Shown here one piece after another: positions 18,258 to 30,533 of a stretch of DNA of 32,000 nt (position 1 is its first letter; each line of letters opens with the position of its first letter). The translations under genes and the position numbers were made by a program. The notes beneath the pieces were generated by a model. The model did not search any database. It was not told the origin of the DNA and worked only from the letters and a program-made list of their open reading frames with translations. The DNA comes from Enterobacterales bacterium endosymbiont of Anomoneura mori (GTDB taxonomy: Bacteria; Pseudomonadota; Gammaproteobacteria; Enterobacterales; Enterobacteriaceae_A). The stretch covers positions 150,001 to 182,000 of the forward strand of contig NZ_AP031381.1 of the NCBI RefSeq assembly GCF_047159375.1, in the 5' to 3' direction.

Positions 18258-19484
18258 ATGATTAAAAATAAAACATTTAACACGTTTAAACATAAAAAAA
18301 ACATATTAATAAAACCAATTTTTTATATATTAGGTGCAATTGCACTTTCACATTTTTTTAATGATTTAATACAATCATTGTTGTTATCAATTTATCCTAT
18401 ATTACAAAGAAATTTTAGACTTAGTTTTAGTCAAATTGGATTTATAACATTTACTTATCAATTAACTGCTTCTTTATTACAACCTGTTATTGGATTTTTT
18501 ATAGATAAATATCCACAACCATTTTCTTTATTAATAGGTATGACTTTTATGTTATCTGGAATAATATTACTTTCAATTGCTAACTCATTTATTTTTATAT
18601 TAATAGCTGCTGCTTTAGTAGGTACTGGTTCTTCAATATTTCATCCTGAATCTGCAAGAGTTGCTAGTATGGCTTCAGGAGGTAAACATGGATTAGCACA
18701 ATCTTTATTACAAGTAGGTGGTAATTTAGGTAGTGCCTTTGGACCTTTACTTGCTGCTGTTATAATAGTACCATATGGTACTAAAAACGTATTATGGTTT
18801 TCTTTAATTGCTTTATTATCTATGTTTATTTTATATAAAGTAGGAAGTTGGTATAAAAATAAACATTATAAATCTATTAAAGAATATATTGCAAAAAATA
18901 AATTTAAATATTCAATAAAACAAATTTTTATTCCTATAGTTATTTTAATTTTATTACTTTTTTCAAAATATTTTTATCTTTCTAGTATTAGTAGTTATTA
19001 TACTTTTTATTTAATTCATAAATTTGGTATTTCAGTACAAAATGCTCAAATGCATTTATTTATGTTTTTATTTTCTATTACTTTAGGAAGTATAATTGGT
19101 GGACCTTTAGGTGATAAATTTGGAAGAAGATATATTATTTTATTTTCTATTTTTGGTGCAACTCCATTTACATTATTATTACCTTATATTTCTTTAACAT
19201 GGATAAGTATATTTACAATATTTATTGGTTTTATAATGGCTTCAGCGTTTTCTTCAATATTAATATATTCACAAGAATTAATTCCTGGTAAATTTGGAAC
19301 TATTTCGGGAATATTATTTGGTTGTGCATTTGCAATTAGTGGTTTAGGGGCAGCATTATTAGGTCATATTGCAGATTCTACAAGTGTAAATTTTATTTAT
19401 AAAATATGTTCTTATTTACCATTTTTAGGTTTTTTAACATTATTTTTACCAGGTGAAGTTCCATTAAAAGTTAATAAAAATTAA
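18258..19484 (+). CDS. fsr: MFS transporter, Fsr (fosmidomycin-resistance protein) family-like
   Basis: 408 aa and hydrophobic, with about 12 predicted TM segments. LSHFFNDLIQSLL, QLTASLLQPVIGFFIDKYP, LVGTGSSIFHPESARVASMASGGKHGLAQSLLQVGGNLGSAFGPLLAAVI and YKICSYLPFLG match my recollection of E. coli Fsr along the full length. The family assignment is from memory, not from a search. The coding region is visibly less AT- and Lys-biased than its neighbours. Confidence 0.65.
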   Translation: MIKNKTFNTFKHKKNILIKPIFYILGAIALSHFFNDLIQSLLLSIYPILQRNFRLSFSQIGFITFTYQLTASLLQPVIGFFIDKYPQPFSLLIGMTFMLSGIILLSIANSFIFILIAAALVGTGSSIFHPESARVASMASGGKHGLAQSLLQVGGNLGSAFGPLLAAVIIVPYGTKNVLWFSLIALLSMFILYKVGSWYKNKHYKSIKEYIAKNKFKYSIKQIFIPIVILILLLFSKYFYLSSISSYYTFYLIHKFGISVQNAQMHLFMFLFSITLGSIIGGPLGDKFGRRYIILFSIFGATPFTLLLPYISLTWISIFTIFIGFIMASAFSSILIYSQELIPGKFGTISGILFGCAFAISGLGAALLGHIADSTSVNFIYKICSYLPFLGFLTLFLPGEVPLKVNKN

Positions 19485-19561
19485 TAAAATAATTTTAATT
19501 AATTTTAAATACTATAATTAAATAAAAAATATTTTTAAAATTAAATGTTTAAATATATAAA

Positions 19562-20296
19562 ATGAAAGAAATAATTTATGGTATTCATTCAATTGAAAAT
19601 TTATTATTAACATCACCAAAAAGATTTATTAAAGTTTTTATTTCAAAAAATAGAAAAGATTATAAAATTAAAAAAATTATTAATAATTTTAAAAAAAAAA
19701 ATATTTTAATAAAATTTTGTGATATTAATTATTTAAATAAAATAGTTAATGGAGTTCATCAAGGTATTATAGCAGAAATTTATAAATTAAAAAAATTTAA
19801 AGAAATAAATATTTATAATATTATAAAAGATGTTAAAAAACCATTTTTATTAATTTTAGATGGTATAACAGATCCTAGAAATTTAGGAGCTTGTATTAGA
19901 AATGCTTATGCTACTGGTGTAAATTTAATTATTATCCCTAAAAATCGTTCAGCTAGAATTAACTCTTTAGTTAAAAAAACTTCTTGTGGTGCTTCTGAAA
20001 ATATACCTATAATTAATGTTGTAAATTTATCAAAAACATTGATTTTTTTAAAAAAAATTAATATAATTATAATAGGAACAACTCATAAAACAAATAATCT
20101 TTTATTTAAAACTAATTTAAACATTCCTATTGCTTTAATTTTTGGTTCTGAAAATAATGGTTTACGTAAATTAACAATAAAACATTGTGATAAATTAATT
20201 AATATACCAATGAAAGGTAATATTACATCATTAAATGTATCAGTTGCAACTGGAATAGTCTTATATGAAGTTATAAGACAACGTTATTTTATTTAA
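19562..20296 (+). CDS. rlmB: 23S rRNA (guanosine-2'-O-)-methyltransferase RlmB (SpoU family)
   Basis: 244 aa. It has the SpoU/TrmH motifs LDGITDPRNLGACIRNA, LIFGSENNGL, and IPMKGNITSLNVSVATGIVLYE. Confidence 0.85.
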   Translation: MKEIIYGIHSIENLLLTSPKRFIKVFISKNRKDYKIKKIINNFKKKNILIKFCDINYLNKIVNGVHQGIIAEIYKLKKFKEINIYNIIKDVKKPFLLILDGITDPRNLGACIRNAYATGVNLIIIPKNRSARINSLVKKTSCGASENIPIINVVNLSKTLIFLKKINIIIIGTTHKTNNLLFKTNLNIPIALIFGSENNGLRKLTIKHCDKLINIPMKGNITSLNVSVATGIVLYEVIRQRYFI

Positions 20297-20384
20297 TTTT
20301 TTAATTTTTTAAAAATTAAATATATTAAATAAATTAAATAATTAAATTTTAAATAATGTTATTATATTTTTAAGGAACAAATAT

Positions 20385-21005
20385 ATGTATAATAAAAATA
20401 ATTTAGAAATTTTTAATAAAACATCATCATTAATTCCAATAGTTACAGAAACATCAAATAATAGTATTAGTTCATATGATATTTTTTCACGTTTATTAAA
20501 AGATCGTATAATTTTTTTAACTGGTATTATAGATGATTGTGTTGCTAATTTAATTACAGCACAATTATTATATCTTGAATCAAAAAATCCATATAAAGAT
20601 ATTTATATGTATATAAATTCACCAGGTGGTATAATAACTTCAGGTATGTCAATATATGATTCTATGCAATTTGTAAAACCAGATATAAATACAATATGTT
20701 TAGGTCAAGCATATTCAATGGGATCATTCTTATTAATGTCAGGAAAAAAAAAAAAACGTTTTTGTTTACCTAATTCTTCTATTATGATACATCAGCCATT
20801 AGGAGGATATCAAGGACAAGTTAGTGATATAGAAATACATACAAAAGAAATATTAAAAATTAAAAAAAAAATGAATAAATTAATTTCATTTCATACTGGT
20901 CAATCAATAGAGAAAATTAATTTAGATACAGATCGTGATTATTTTATGAATTCAGAAGAAGCATTAAAATATGGAATAATAGATAATATTTTTACACATC
21001 GTTAA
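20385..21005 (+). CDS. clpP: ATP-dependent Clp protease proteolytic subunit
   Basis: 206 aa. It has [18 protein letters not shown] (catalytic Ser), MIHQPLGG (His) and DTDRDYFM (Asp). Confidence 0.97.
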   Translation: MYNKNNLEIFNKTSSLIPIVTETSNNSISSYDIFSRLLKDRIIFLTGIIDDCVANLITAQLLYLESKNPYKDIYMYINSPGGIITSGMSIYDSMQFVKPDINTICLGQAYSMGSFLLMSGKKKKRFCLPNSSIMIHQPLGGYQGQVSDIEIHTKEILKIKKKMNKLISFHTGQSIEKINLDTDRDYFMNSEEALKYGIIDNIFTHR

Positions 21006-21047
21006 TTATAAATAATTTAATTTTTTTTAAAATTTATTAGAGGTTAA

Positions 21048-22295
21048 ATGATTAAAAATTATAAAAAAAAAAATAAATATATATGTTCTTTTTGTAATGA
21101 TAATAAAATAAAATTAAATTTATTAATTTGTGGTCCATATGTTTATATATGTAATAATTGTATTAATATTTGTAATGAAATTATATTTAAAGAATTTAAT
21201 GAATATTATAAATTTAAAAATATTTTTTATAATATACCAATACCAAGTCAAATTAGTTCTTATTTAAATGACTATATAATAGATCAAAATAAAGCTAAAA
21301 AAATTTTATCTGTTGCTGTTTATAATCATTATAAAAGATTAAAAAATAATTCTGATCAAAAATTTTTAGAATTAAAAAAAAGTAATATTTTAATAATAGG
21401 TCCTACTGGAAGTGGTAAAACATTATTTGCTGAAACATTAGCAAATTATCTTTATGTACCATTTGCAATAGCAGATGCTACAACATTAACTGAAGCTGGT
21501 TATGTTGGTGAAGATGTTGAGAATATATTACAAAAACTTTTAAATAATTGTAATTATGATATTGAAGCTGCTCAACACGGAATAGTTTATATAGATGAAA
21601 TTGATAAAATAGCTAAAAAATCTAATAATCCTTCAATTACTAGAGATGTTTCAGGAGAAGGAGTTCAACAATCACTTTTAAAAATTATTGAAGGTACAAT
21701 TTCTTTAGTACCACCTTTAGGTGGTAGAAAACATCCTCAACAAGAATTTATTCAGATTGATACATCTAAAATATTATTTATATGTGGAGGATCTTTTTCA
21801 GGATTAAAACAAATTATATTACAACGTATTAATAAAAATACTGGAATTGGTTTTAATGCTAATATAAAAAAAAATATAAAAAAAATTAAAAAAAAAACAT
21901 TTTTTTCAAAAATTATTCCAGAAGATTTAATACAATTTGGTTTAATTCCAGAATTTGTTGGAAGATTACCAATTATAGCAACACTTAATGATTTAAATGA
22001 AAAAGCTTTATTAAAAATTTTAAAAGAACCAAAAAATTCAATAATTAAACAATATCAAATTTTATTTTATATGGAAAATTTAAATTTAATATTTACTGAT
22101 TGTGCTTTAATATGTATTTCAAAAAAAGCTATTAATAATAAAACTGGAGCAAGAGGTTTAAGAAATATTATAGAAGAAATACTTTTAGATGTTATGTATA
22201 AATTACCTTCTTTAAAACATAAAAATATTTCAATTATTATAAATAAACAAGTTGTTTTAAAAAATAAAAAACCAAAATTAATTTATAAATATTAA
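21048..22295 (+). CDS. clpX: ATP-dependent Clp protease ATP-binding subunit ClpX
   Basis: 415 aa. It has an N-terminal C4 zinc-binding domain (CSFC...CNNC), Walker A (GPTGSGKT), the GYVGEDVE pore loop, Walker B (VYIDEIDK), and IPEFVGRLP. Confidence 0.97.
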   Translation: MIKNYKKKNKYICSFCNDNKIKLNLLICGPYVYICNNCINICNEIIFKEFNEYYKFKNIFYNIPIPSQISSYLNDYIIDQNKAKKILSVAVYNHYKRLKNNSDQKFLELKKSNILIIGPTGSGKTLFAETLANYLYVPFAIADATTLTEAGYVGEDVENILQKLLNNCNYDIEAAQHGIVYIDEIDKIAKKSNNPSITRDVSGEGVQQSLLKIIEGTISLVPPLGGRKHPQQEFIQIDTSKILFICGGSFSGLKQIILQRINKNTGIGFNANIKKNIKKIKKKTFFSKIIPEDLIQFGLIPEFVGRLPIIATLNDLNEKALLKILKEPKNSIIKQYQILFYMENLNLIFTDCALICISKKAINNKTGARGLRNIIEEILLDVMYKLPSLKHKNISIIINKQVVLKNKKPKLIYKY

Positions 22296-22387
22296 AATTT
22301 TAATTTTAAAAAAATATTAATTAAAATTATTAAAATTTAATAATAAATAAAAATTAATTAATTTATTTAAAATATTATGAGGATAAA

Positions 22388-23836
22388 TTGTTTAAAAAAT
22401 TTAGAAAAACTAAAATAATTGCAACTTTAGGACCTACTACAGATAAAAATGATAATTTAAAAAAAATAATATACGCTGGAGTTAATGTTGTAAGACTTAA
22501 TTTTTCACATGGGTCTTTAAAAGAACATGAAAATCGTTCTAAAAAAGTAAGATTTTTATCAAAAGAAATATTAAAATATGTGGCTATTTTAGGAGATTTG
22601 CAAGGACCTAAAATTAGAATTTCTTCTTTTGAAAATGGTTATATAAAATTAAATTATGGTGATAATTTTGTTTTAGATTATAATTTATCTAAATTTAAAG
22701 GTAATAAATTTGAAGTTGGTTATGAATATAAAAATTTAATAAATGATATTATACCTGGAAATATTTTATTATTAGATGATGGTAAAATTCAAATTAAAGT
22801 ATTAAAAATAAAAAAAAATAAAATTTTTACAAAAGTGATTCTTGGAGGTATATTATCAGATAATAAAGGTATTAATAAATTAGGTGGAGGTTTATCTGCT
22901 AAAAGTTTAACTAAAAAAGATAAAAAAGATATTATTTTTGCAGCTAAAATAGGAATTGATTATTTAGCTATTTCTTTTCCAAAAAGTAGTTCAGATTTAA
23001 AAGAAGCTAGATTTTTAATTAATGAAGCAGGATGTAAAGCTAAAATTATTTCTAAAATTGAAAGAGCAGAAACAGTATATAATGATGATATTTTAGATGA
23101 TATTATATTAGCATCTGATGCTGTTATGGTTGCACGAGGTGATTTAGGTGTAGAAATTGGAGATCACGAATTGATTGGAGCACAAAAAAAAATAATAAAT
23201 CGTGCTAGGTTTTTAAATAGAGCAGTAATTACTGCAACTCAAATGATGAATTCAATGATTAATAATCCTATACCAACACGTGCTGAAGTTATGGATGTAG
23301 CAAATGCTGTTTTAGATGGAACTGATGCTGTAATGTTATCAGCTGAAACAGCAACAGGAAAATATCCAATTGAAACTGTTAATATTATGTCTAATATTTG
23401 TTTAGGTGCAGAAAAAATTCCAAATTTTAATAATTATAAAAAATTTTTAAATATACAATTTAATTGTATATCAGATGCAATAGCTATTTCATCAGTATAT
23501 ATCGCAAATCATTTAAAAGGTGTAAATGCAATTATAACTATGACTGAATCTGGTAGAACTCCTTTTATGATGTCTCGTATGTTATCAGATATACCTATTT
23601 TTGCTGTTTCTTGTAATATTAATACATTATATTTATCTTCTTTATATAGAGGTGTTACCCCTATATATTATAAAAATATAATTAATAATAATTGTATAAT
23701 TGCTATAAAAAATGTAATAAAATATTTATGTAAAATTAAAATATTATCTGTTGGTAATTTAATTGTTGTAACTAATGGAGATGTTATGGGTACTTCTGGT
23801 AAAACTAATACAAGTAGAATATTATATGTTAAATAA
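22388..23836 (+). CDS. pykA: Pyruvate kinase II (TTG start)
   Basis: 482 aa. It has [42 protein letters not shown] and ATQMMNSM, and is collinear with E. coli PykA. The start codon is TTG at 22388, preceded by GAGGA 5 nt upstream. Confidence 0.93.
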   Translation: MFKKFRKTKIIATLGPTTDKNDNLKKIIYAGVNVVRLNFSHGSLKEHENRSKKVRFLSKEILKYVAILGDLQGPKIRISSFENGYIKLNYGDNFVLDYNLSKFKGNKFEVGYEYKNLINDIIPGNILLLDDGKIQIKVLKIKKNKIFTKVILGGILSDNKGINKLGGGLSAKSLTKKDKKDIIFAAKIGIDYLAISFPKSSSDLKEARFLINEAGCKAKIISKIERAETVYNDDILDDIILASDAVMVARGDLGVEIGDHELIGAQKKIINRARFLNRAVITATQMMNSMINNPIPTRAEVMDVANAVLDGTDAVMLSAETATGKYPIETVNIMSNICLGAEKIPNFNNYKKFLNIQFNCISDAIAISSVYIANHLKGVNAIITMTESGRTPFMMSRMLSDIPIFAVSCNINTLYLSSLYRGVTPIYYKNIINNNCIIAIKNVIKYLCKIKILSVGNLIVVTNGDVMGTSGKTNTSRILYVK

Positions 23837-23936
23837 TATTAATTTATATTAACAATAATATATTTTTTAAAATATTTTATTTTAAAAATTTTTTTTAAAA
23901 TTAATAAATAATTAATAATATAATTTATTTTTAAAA

Positions 23937-25469
23937 ATGATAAAATCTTTTAATAATTTTTTTAAAAAAGTTTTAAAAAAATTAGAAATTAAATCAAATT
24001 TATTATATAAAGGATATATAAAATCTATTAATAAAGAATTTGTTACAATAGATGCAGGATTTAAATCTGAATCTTTAATTCCAATAGAAGAATTTAAAAA
24101 TAAAAAAGGAAAAATAGAAAATAAACCTGGTGATATAATTAATGTTATTTTAGAAAATTTTGATAATGGTTATGGTGAAACAATATTATCTCGTGAAAAA
24201 GCTAAAAATAATGAAAAATGGTTATTTTTAAAAAATATACTTAAAAATTCTATAAGCATGTTTGGATATATACAAAGTAAAACGAAAGGTGGATATTCTA
24301 TTAATTTAAATAATATTAAAGCTTTTTTACCAAGTTCATTAATTGATATAAGACCTTTAAGAGATATAAAACATCTAGAAAATAGAAAATTAGAATTTAA
24401 AGTAATTAAAATTGATAAAATAAGAAACAATATTGTTGTTTCAAGAAAAGCTGCTATTATTTTTAGAAAAAATATTTTAAAAAAAAAACAATTAAAAATA
24501 ATTAAAAAAGGTATAAATGTTAAAGGTATTATTAAAAATATAACTGATTATGGAGCTTTTATAAATGTTGGTGGATTAGATGGTTTATTGCATATAACTG
24601 ATATGTCATGGAAAAGAATTAATCATCCAAGTGATATTGTAAATATTGGTGATGAAGTTATTTTAAAAGTTATAAAATTTGATAGTTTAAATAAGCGTAT
24701 ATCTTTAGGTTTAAAACAAAGATTTAAAGATCCTTGGAAAAATATTTTAAAAAAATATCCTAAAGGTTCAATAATAGAAGGTAAAATAAGTAATTTAACT
24801 AATTATGGTTGTTTTGTAAAAATTGAAGAAGGTATTGAAGGTTTATTACATATTTCTGAAATAAAAATTAAAAAAAAAAAAAAAATTTTAAATAAATTAT
24901 TTAAAATTAATAAAAAAATTAAAGTTTTTATTTTAAATATTGATAAAAAAAAAAGAAGAATTTCATTAGGTATGAAACAATTTAAAAATAATCCTTGGAA
25001 AAATTTTTTTATTGAAAATAAAAAAGGTGATAATATTAATGGTATTATTAAATCTGTAACTGATTTTGGTATATTTATAAATTTAAAAAATAATATTAAT
25101 GGTTTAATACATTTTTCTGATATTTCTTGGAATTTTAATAATAAAAAAATATTAAAAAAATTCATTAATGGTAAAAAAATTAAAGTTATTATTTTACACA
25201 TTGATTATAAACATAAACATATATCTTTAGGTATTAAACAACTTAAAAATAATTTATTTAATATCTTTTTATCTATATATAAAAAAAATAATTTTATAAT
25301 TGGGAAAATGGTTTCAAAAAATAAAAATTTTATAAAAATTAATTTAGGAAATAATTTAATAGGATATTTAAATATTTTAAAATTTAAAAATATTATATTT
25401 AATAAAAATTATTTAATTAAAATATATTTTTTAAAAATTAATAATAAAAATATTATTTTATCATTATAA
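23937..25469 (+). CDS. rpsA: 30S ribosomal protein S1
   Basis: 510 aa with repeated S1 OB domains (e.g. GIIKNITDYGAFINVGGLDGLLHITDMSW, GKISNLTNYGCFVKIEEGIEGLLHISE). The C-terminal domains are degenerate and shorter than in E. coli (557 aa). Confidence 0.93.
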   Translation: MIKSFNNFFKKVLKKLEIKSNLLYKGYIKSINKEFVTIDAGFKSESLIPIEEFKNKKGKIENKPGDIINVILENFDNGYGETILSREKAKNNEKWLFLKNILKNSISMFGYIQSKTKGGYSINLNNIKAFLPSSLIDIRPLRDIKHLENRKLEFKVIKIDKIRNNIVVSRKAAIIFRKNILKKKQLKIIKKGINVKGIIKNITDYGAFINVGGLDGLLHITDMSWKRINHPSDIVNIGDEVILKVIKFDSLNKRISLGLKQRFKDPWKNILKKYPKGSIIEGKISNLTNYGCFVKIEEGIEGLLHISEIKIKKKKKILNKLFKINKKIKVFILNIDKKKRRISLGMKQFKNNPWKNFFIENKKGDNINGIIKSVTDFGIFINLKNNINGLIHFSDISWNFNNKKILKKFINGKKIKVIILHIDYKHKHISLGIKQLKNNLFNIFLSIYKKNNFIIGKMVSKNKNFIKINLGNNLIGYLNILKFKNIIFNKNYLIKIYFLKINNKNIILSL

Positions 25470-25507
25470 TAATAAAAAAATATTTTTAAATTATAATAAT
25501 ATTAAAT

Positions 25508-25918
25508 ATGATAATTTCTTTTGATTTTGGTATTAAAAAAATTGGAATTTCAATTAGTCAAAAAGTAACAAAAACAATATCTTTATTAAAATCTTTAAAA
25601 ATAAAAAATAAAAAAATTAATTGGAATGAAATTAAATATTTAATAATTAAATGGAATCCTAATTTTATTATTATTGGAATAACTATTAATAACAATAAAA
25701 AAAATCGATTATTAAATTTTTTAATATTAAAATTTGCTATATTAATATATAAAAAATTTAATATTAAAATTTATTTTCATAACGAACATTTAAGCACAAT
25801 AGAAGCAAAATCTATATTTTATATTTATAAAAAAAAATATAAAATTAAAAATATATGTATAGATTCTATTTCATCAAAATTAATTTTAAAAAGTTGGTTA
25901 AAAGATAATAAAATATAA
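25508..25918 (+). CDS. ruvX: Putative pre-16S rRNA nuclease / Holliday junction resolvase-like protein YqgF
   Basis: 136 aa. It has an N-terminal ISFDFGIKKIGISI (the RNase H-like DxG motif of YqgF) and HNEHLSTIEAK, which corresponds to E. coli HDERLSTVEAR. Confidence 0.8.
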   Translation: MIISFDFGIKKIGISISQKVTKTISLLKSLKIKNKKINWNEIKYLIIKWNPNFIIIGITINNNKKNRLLNFLILKFAILIYKKFNIKIYFHNEHLSTIEAKSIFYIYKKKYKIKNICIDSISSKLILKSWLKDNKI

Positions 25919-25943
25919 TTTTATTTATAAAATATTTAAAATT

Positions 25944-27116
25944 TTATTTTTTCATAATATTAAAAAATTCTTTATTTGTTTTTGTCATACTTAATCTTTT
26001 TAAAAGAAATTCAATTGCTTCAACTTCATTCATCATATATATAATTTTCCTTAAAATCCACATTTTTTTTAATTCTTCAATTGTTATTAATAATTCTTCT
26101 TTACGTGTACCAGATTTATTATAATTAATAGCAGGAAATATACGTTTTTCTGAAATTCTTCTTGATAAATGTATTTCCATATTTCCTGTACCTTTAAATT
26201 CTTCATAAATTACTTCATCCATTTTTGATCCAGTATCAATTAAAGCAGTTGCAATAATTGTTAAACTTCCTCCTTCTTTAACATTTCTAGCTGTTCCAAA
26301 AAATTTTTTAGGTTTATGTAATGCTTTTGAATCTATACCACCAGATAAAATTCTGCCAGATATTGGCGCTGTAGAATTATATGCTCTTGCTAAACGAGTT
26401 ATCGAATCTAATAATATTATAACATCATTTTTTTGTTCAACTAAACGTTTAGCTTTTTCTAAAACCATTTCTGAAACATAAATATGTCTTGAAGGTGGTT
26501 CATCAAAAGTTGATGAAATTATTTCACCTTTTATTAATTTTAACATTTCAGTAACTTCTTCTGGACGTTCATCTATTAATAAAACTATTAAAAAACAATC
26601 AGGATGATTATAAACAATACTTTTTGCAATATTTTGTAATAACATTGTTTTACCAGCTTTTGGAGGCGCAACAATTAATCCTCTTTGTCCTTTTCCAATT
26701 GGAGTAATTAAATCTAAAACTCTAGAAGTTAAATCATTTATTAATTCATTTTTACGTTCCATTTTAAATTTTTTAGTAGTATGTAATGGGGTTAAATTTT
26801 TAAAATAAATTTTTTTTTTAACAATTTCAGGTTTTTCTTCATTAATTCTAATTATTTTAAATAATTCAGGATATATTCCTTTTTTAATATTAAAACGAAT
26901 TTTTCCAAAAATTGTGTCACCTGTATGAAGATTAAAAAATTTAATATGATTTTTGGAAATATATATATCTTCATTACTAGATATATAAGATGTATTTGAA
27001 GATCTTAAAAATCCATAACCTTTTTTAAATATTTCTAAAACTCCATGTCTATAAATATTTTTAATGCATTTAAAATAATTTCTAAATATAGGTAAAAATT
27101 TTCTTTTTTTAAACAT
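25944..27116 (-). CDS. rho: Transcription termination factor Rho (N-terminally shortened, 390 aa)
   Basis: It has [14 protein letters not shown] (RNP1-like primary RNA-binding site), Walker A (APPKAGKT), [28 protein letters not shown] and GTGNMEIHL. It sits downstream of trxA, as in E. coli. Confidence 0.96.
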   Translation of the reverse strand: MFKKRKFLPIFRNYFKCIKNIYRHGVLEIFKKGYGFLRSSNTSYISSNEDIYISKNHIKFFNLHTGDTIFGKIRFNIKKGIYPELFKIIRINEEKPEIVKKKIYFKNLTPLHTTKKFKMERKNELINDLTSRVLDLITPIGKGQRGLIVAPPKAGKTMLLQNIAKSIVYNHPDCFLIVLLIDERPEEVTEMLKLIKGEIISSTFDEPPSRHIYVSEMVLEKAKRLVEQKNDVIILLDSITRLARAYNSTAPISGRILSGGIDSKALHKPKKFFGTARNVKEGGSLTIIATALIDTGSKMDEVIYEEFKGTGNMEIHLSRRISEKRIFPAINYNKSGTRKEELLITIEELKKMWILRKIIYMMNEVEAIEFLLKRLSMTKTNKEFFNIMKK

Positions 27117-27227
27117 TAAAATTCCATATTTTTTAAAATAACAATAAAAATTAAAAACAGTTTTAAATATTAATTAAATTAAAATTTTTTAATTTTTAAA
27201 ATTTTTGAATATTAATTAAAAATAATT

Positions 27228-27551
27228 TTATAAATTTTTATATATAAATTTTTTTATTTCTTCTTTAGAAACACTTCCTATTATTTTACCTATAATAATA
27301 TTTTTTTTAAATAATATTAAAGTTGGAATACTTCTAATATCATATTTTTGTAAAAATTCTGGATTTTTTTCAATATCAATTTTAACAATGGAAATTTTAT
27401 TTAAAAATTCTTCATTTAATTCATTTAAATTATTTGAAACTATTTTACATGGTCCACACCATTCTGCCCAAAAATCTACTAAAACAGGTATTTTAGATTT
27501 TATAACATTAATTTCAAAATCATTACTATTTACATTAATTATATTATTCAT
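27228..27551 (-). CDS. trxA: Thioredoxin 1
   Basis: 107 aa with the active site FWAEWCGPCK and IRSIPTLILFK. Confidence 0.95.
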   Translation of the reverse strand: MNNIINVNSNDFEINVIKSKIPVLVDFWAEWCGPCKIVSNNLNELNEEFLNKISIVKIDIEKNPEFLQKYDIRSIPTLILFKKNIIIGKIIGSVSKEEIKKFIYKNL

Positions 27552-27611
27552 TTTTTTCTTATAAAATTAATATTATTATTTTTTTAAAAATAATATTTAA
27601 ATATTTTAAAA

Positions 27612-28610
<999 letters not shown>

Positions 28611-28675
28611 TTACCTTTTTATTATAAATTTATATTAAAAAATATAAATATATTTATAACTTTTAAAATAATTAG

Positions 28676-28703
28676 ATTTTAATAAAAAAACTAATTTTGT
28701 CAA
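28676..28703 (-). promoter_or_regulatory. Candidate gapA promoter (consensus TTGACA-N16-TAAAAT)
   Basis: On the minus strand, a perfect -35 hexamer TTGACA (28703-28698) is followed after 16 nt by TAAAAT (28681-28676). The -10 lies about 70 nt upstream of the gapA ATG (-35 about 90 nt upstream). It is the only exact TTGACA I noticed in an intergenic spacer here. Confidence 0.4.
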
Positions 28704-28713
28704 TTATTTATTT

Positions 28714-30444
28714 TTAAAATTTATATAATTTATTTAAATTATTAGATAATTTACTAGGAGCTTTAGTCATTAAACAATTAGCAGATGTTGTTTTAGGAAA
28801 AGCAATTACATCTCTTATATTTTTTTTATTTGTTAATAACATTACTAATCTATCTAAACCTAAAGCAATTCCTGCATGTGGTGGTGTTCCATATTTTAAA
28901 GCTTCTAAAAAAAAATCATAATTATTTTTATTATATTTTTCAATATTTAAAATTTTAAAAACAATTTCTTGAATTTTTACATTGTTAATTCTTACTGATC
29001 CTCCACCAATTTCATAACCATTTAATATTATATCATAAGAATTAGAAAAAATAGATATTGGATTTTTAATCAAATTTTTAATATTATTAATATATGGATT
29101 AGTAAAAGGATGATGTATTGAAGTTATATTATCTTTATCTTTTTTAAATAATGGAAAATTTATTAAACATATAATAGACCATTTTTTTAAATTAATTAAA
29201 TTTAATTCTTTACATATTTTCGTACGTAAATATCCCATATTTTTAAATATTTTATTATTATCATCATTCCCAATTAATATCATATCTCCATTTTTTGGAT
29301 TAATACGCTTTAATATTAATTTTAATATTTTATTATTTAAATATTTTAAAAAATTTCCTTGTACGCCATTTATTTTTTTAGATATATTAAAAACTTTAAT
29401 CCATAGTAATTTTTTATTTATGTATTTATTATATTCATTAATTTTATTAATATTAATATTTATTCCGTTAGGTATACATATTCCTATAATATTATTATTT
29501 TTTTCGCAAAATTCTTTAGATAATAAATTTAATAAATTAGTTTTTAAAAATATATCTTTTAATTCAATTAATTCTATTGGATTACGTAAATCAGGTTTAT
29601 CAGTACCATAACGTCTTAAAGCCTCAGAATAAGTAATAATATTAAATTTTCCAATATCAATTTTTTTAATTTTTTTAAATAAAATACATATCATTTTTTC
29701 TATTATTTTTATTATTTTTTTTGATTTTATAAAAGAAGTTTCAATATCAATTTGAGTGAATTCAGGTTGACGATCTGATCTTAAATCTTCATCTCTAAAA
29801 CATTTTACTATTTGATAATATTTATCAAAACCAGATATCATAAGTAATTGTTTAAAAATTTGTGGAGATTGAGGTAATGCATAAAATTTACCTTTATTTA
29901 CTCTACTTGGAACTATATAATCACGTGCGCCTTCTGGTGTAGATTTTGTTAATATTGGGGTTTCAATTTCAATAAATTTATTTTTATTTAAAAAATTACG
30001 AATATAATTACATATTTTTGCTCTTTTTTTAAAACATTTTATCATTTCTAAACGACGTAAATCAAGATAACGATATTTTAAATTAATATTTTCTAAATTT
30101 TTTTTTTTTAAATTTAATGGTAATTTTTTTGAAATATTAATTATATTTAATATTTTGCATAAAACTTCAATTTTTCCTGTTTTAATATTTTTATTTATTT
30201 GATTTTTGTTTTTTATTTTTACTATACCTTTAATTTGAATACAAAATTCATCACGTAATTTTAAGGCTTTATTAAAAGTATCTTTATTATTATAATTAAA
30301 AATAATTTGTACAATTCCTTCACAATCTCTCATATCTACAAAAATTAATTTTTTAAAAATTCTAATTTTATCAACCCAACCACATAATATTACATTTTTA
30401 TTAACATGTGATAAATTTAATTTTCCACAATATTCAGTACGCAT
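28714..30444 (-). CDS. aspS: Aspartate--tRNA ligase
   Basis: 576 aa. It has an N-terminal OB anticodon-binding domain and class IIb motifs ([44 protein letters not shown]). Confidence 0.96.
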   Translation of the reverse strand: MRTEYCGKLNLSHVNKNVILCGWVDKIRIFKKLIFVDMRDCEGIVQIIFNYNNKDTFNKALKLRDEFCIQIKGIVKIKNKNQINKNIKTGKIEVLCKILNIINISKKLPLNLKKKNLENINLKYRYLDLRRLEMIKCFKKRAKICNYIRNFLNKNKFIEIETPILTKSTPEGARDYIVPSRVNKGKFYALPQSPQIFKQLLMISGFDKYYQIVKCFRDEDLRSDRQPEFTQIDIETSFIKSKKIIKIIEKMICILFKKIKKIDIGKFNIITYSEALRRYGTDKPDLRNPIELIELKDIFLKTNLLNLLSKEFCEKNNNIIGICIPNGINININKINEYNKYINKKLLWIKVFNISKKINGVQGNFLKYLNNKILKLILKRINPKNGDMILIGNDDNNKIFKNMGYLRTKICKELNLINLKKWSIICLINFPLFKKDKDNITSIHHPFTNPYINNIKNLIKNPISIFSNSYDIILNGYEIGGGSVRINNVKIQEIVFKILNIEKYNKNNYDFFLEALKYGTPPHAGIALGLDRLVMLLTNKKNIRDVIAFPKTTSANCLMTKAPSKLSNNLNKLYKF

Positions 30445-30533
30445 ATATTCCTTATTTTAATACTTTTAAAAATATAAAATAATTTAAATAAAATATAAAA
30501 ATTAAAATTTAATATTTTTATAGGAAATAAAAA

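Noticed and set aside
24170-25201. Two antisense ORFs (86 aa at 24170-24430 and 132 aa at 24803-25201) inside rpsA
   Set aside because: The 132-aa length is eye-catching in DNA this rich in stop triplets. However, the translation is F/L/I-rich low complexity, the mirror of the Lys/Asn/Ile-rich rpsA codons. There is no start context or motif, and rpsA itself is clearly the real gene.
27114-27127. Mini-ORF ATG GAA TTT TAA whose stop overlaps the rho ATG (TAATG), suggestive of translational coupling or a leader peptide
   Set aside because: With three codons in AT-rich DNA, an ATG and TAA at this spacing are expected by chance. It has no similarity to rhoL.
29420-29611. 63-aa ORF antisense to aspS
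   Set aside because: It lies inside aspS, is hydrophobic and low-complexity, and has no support.
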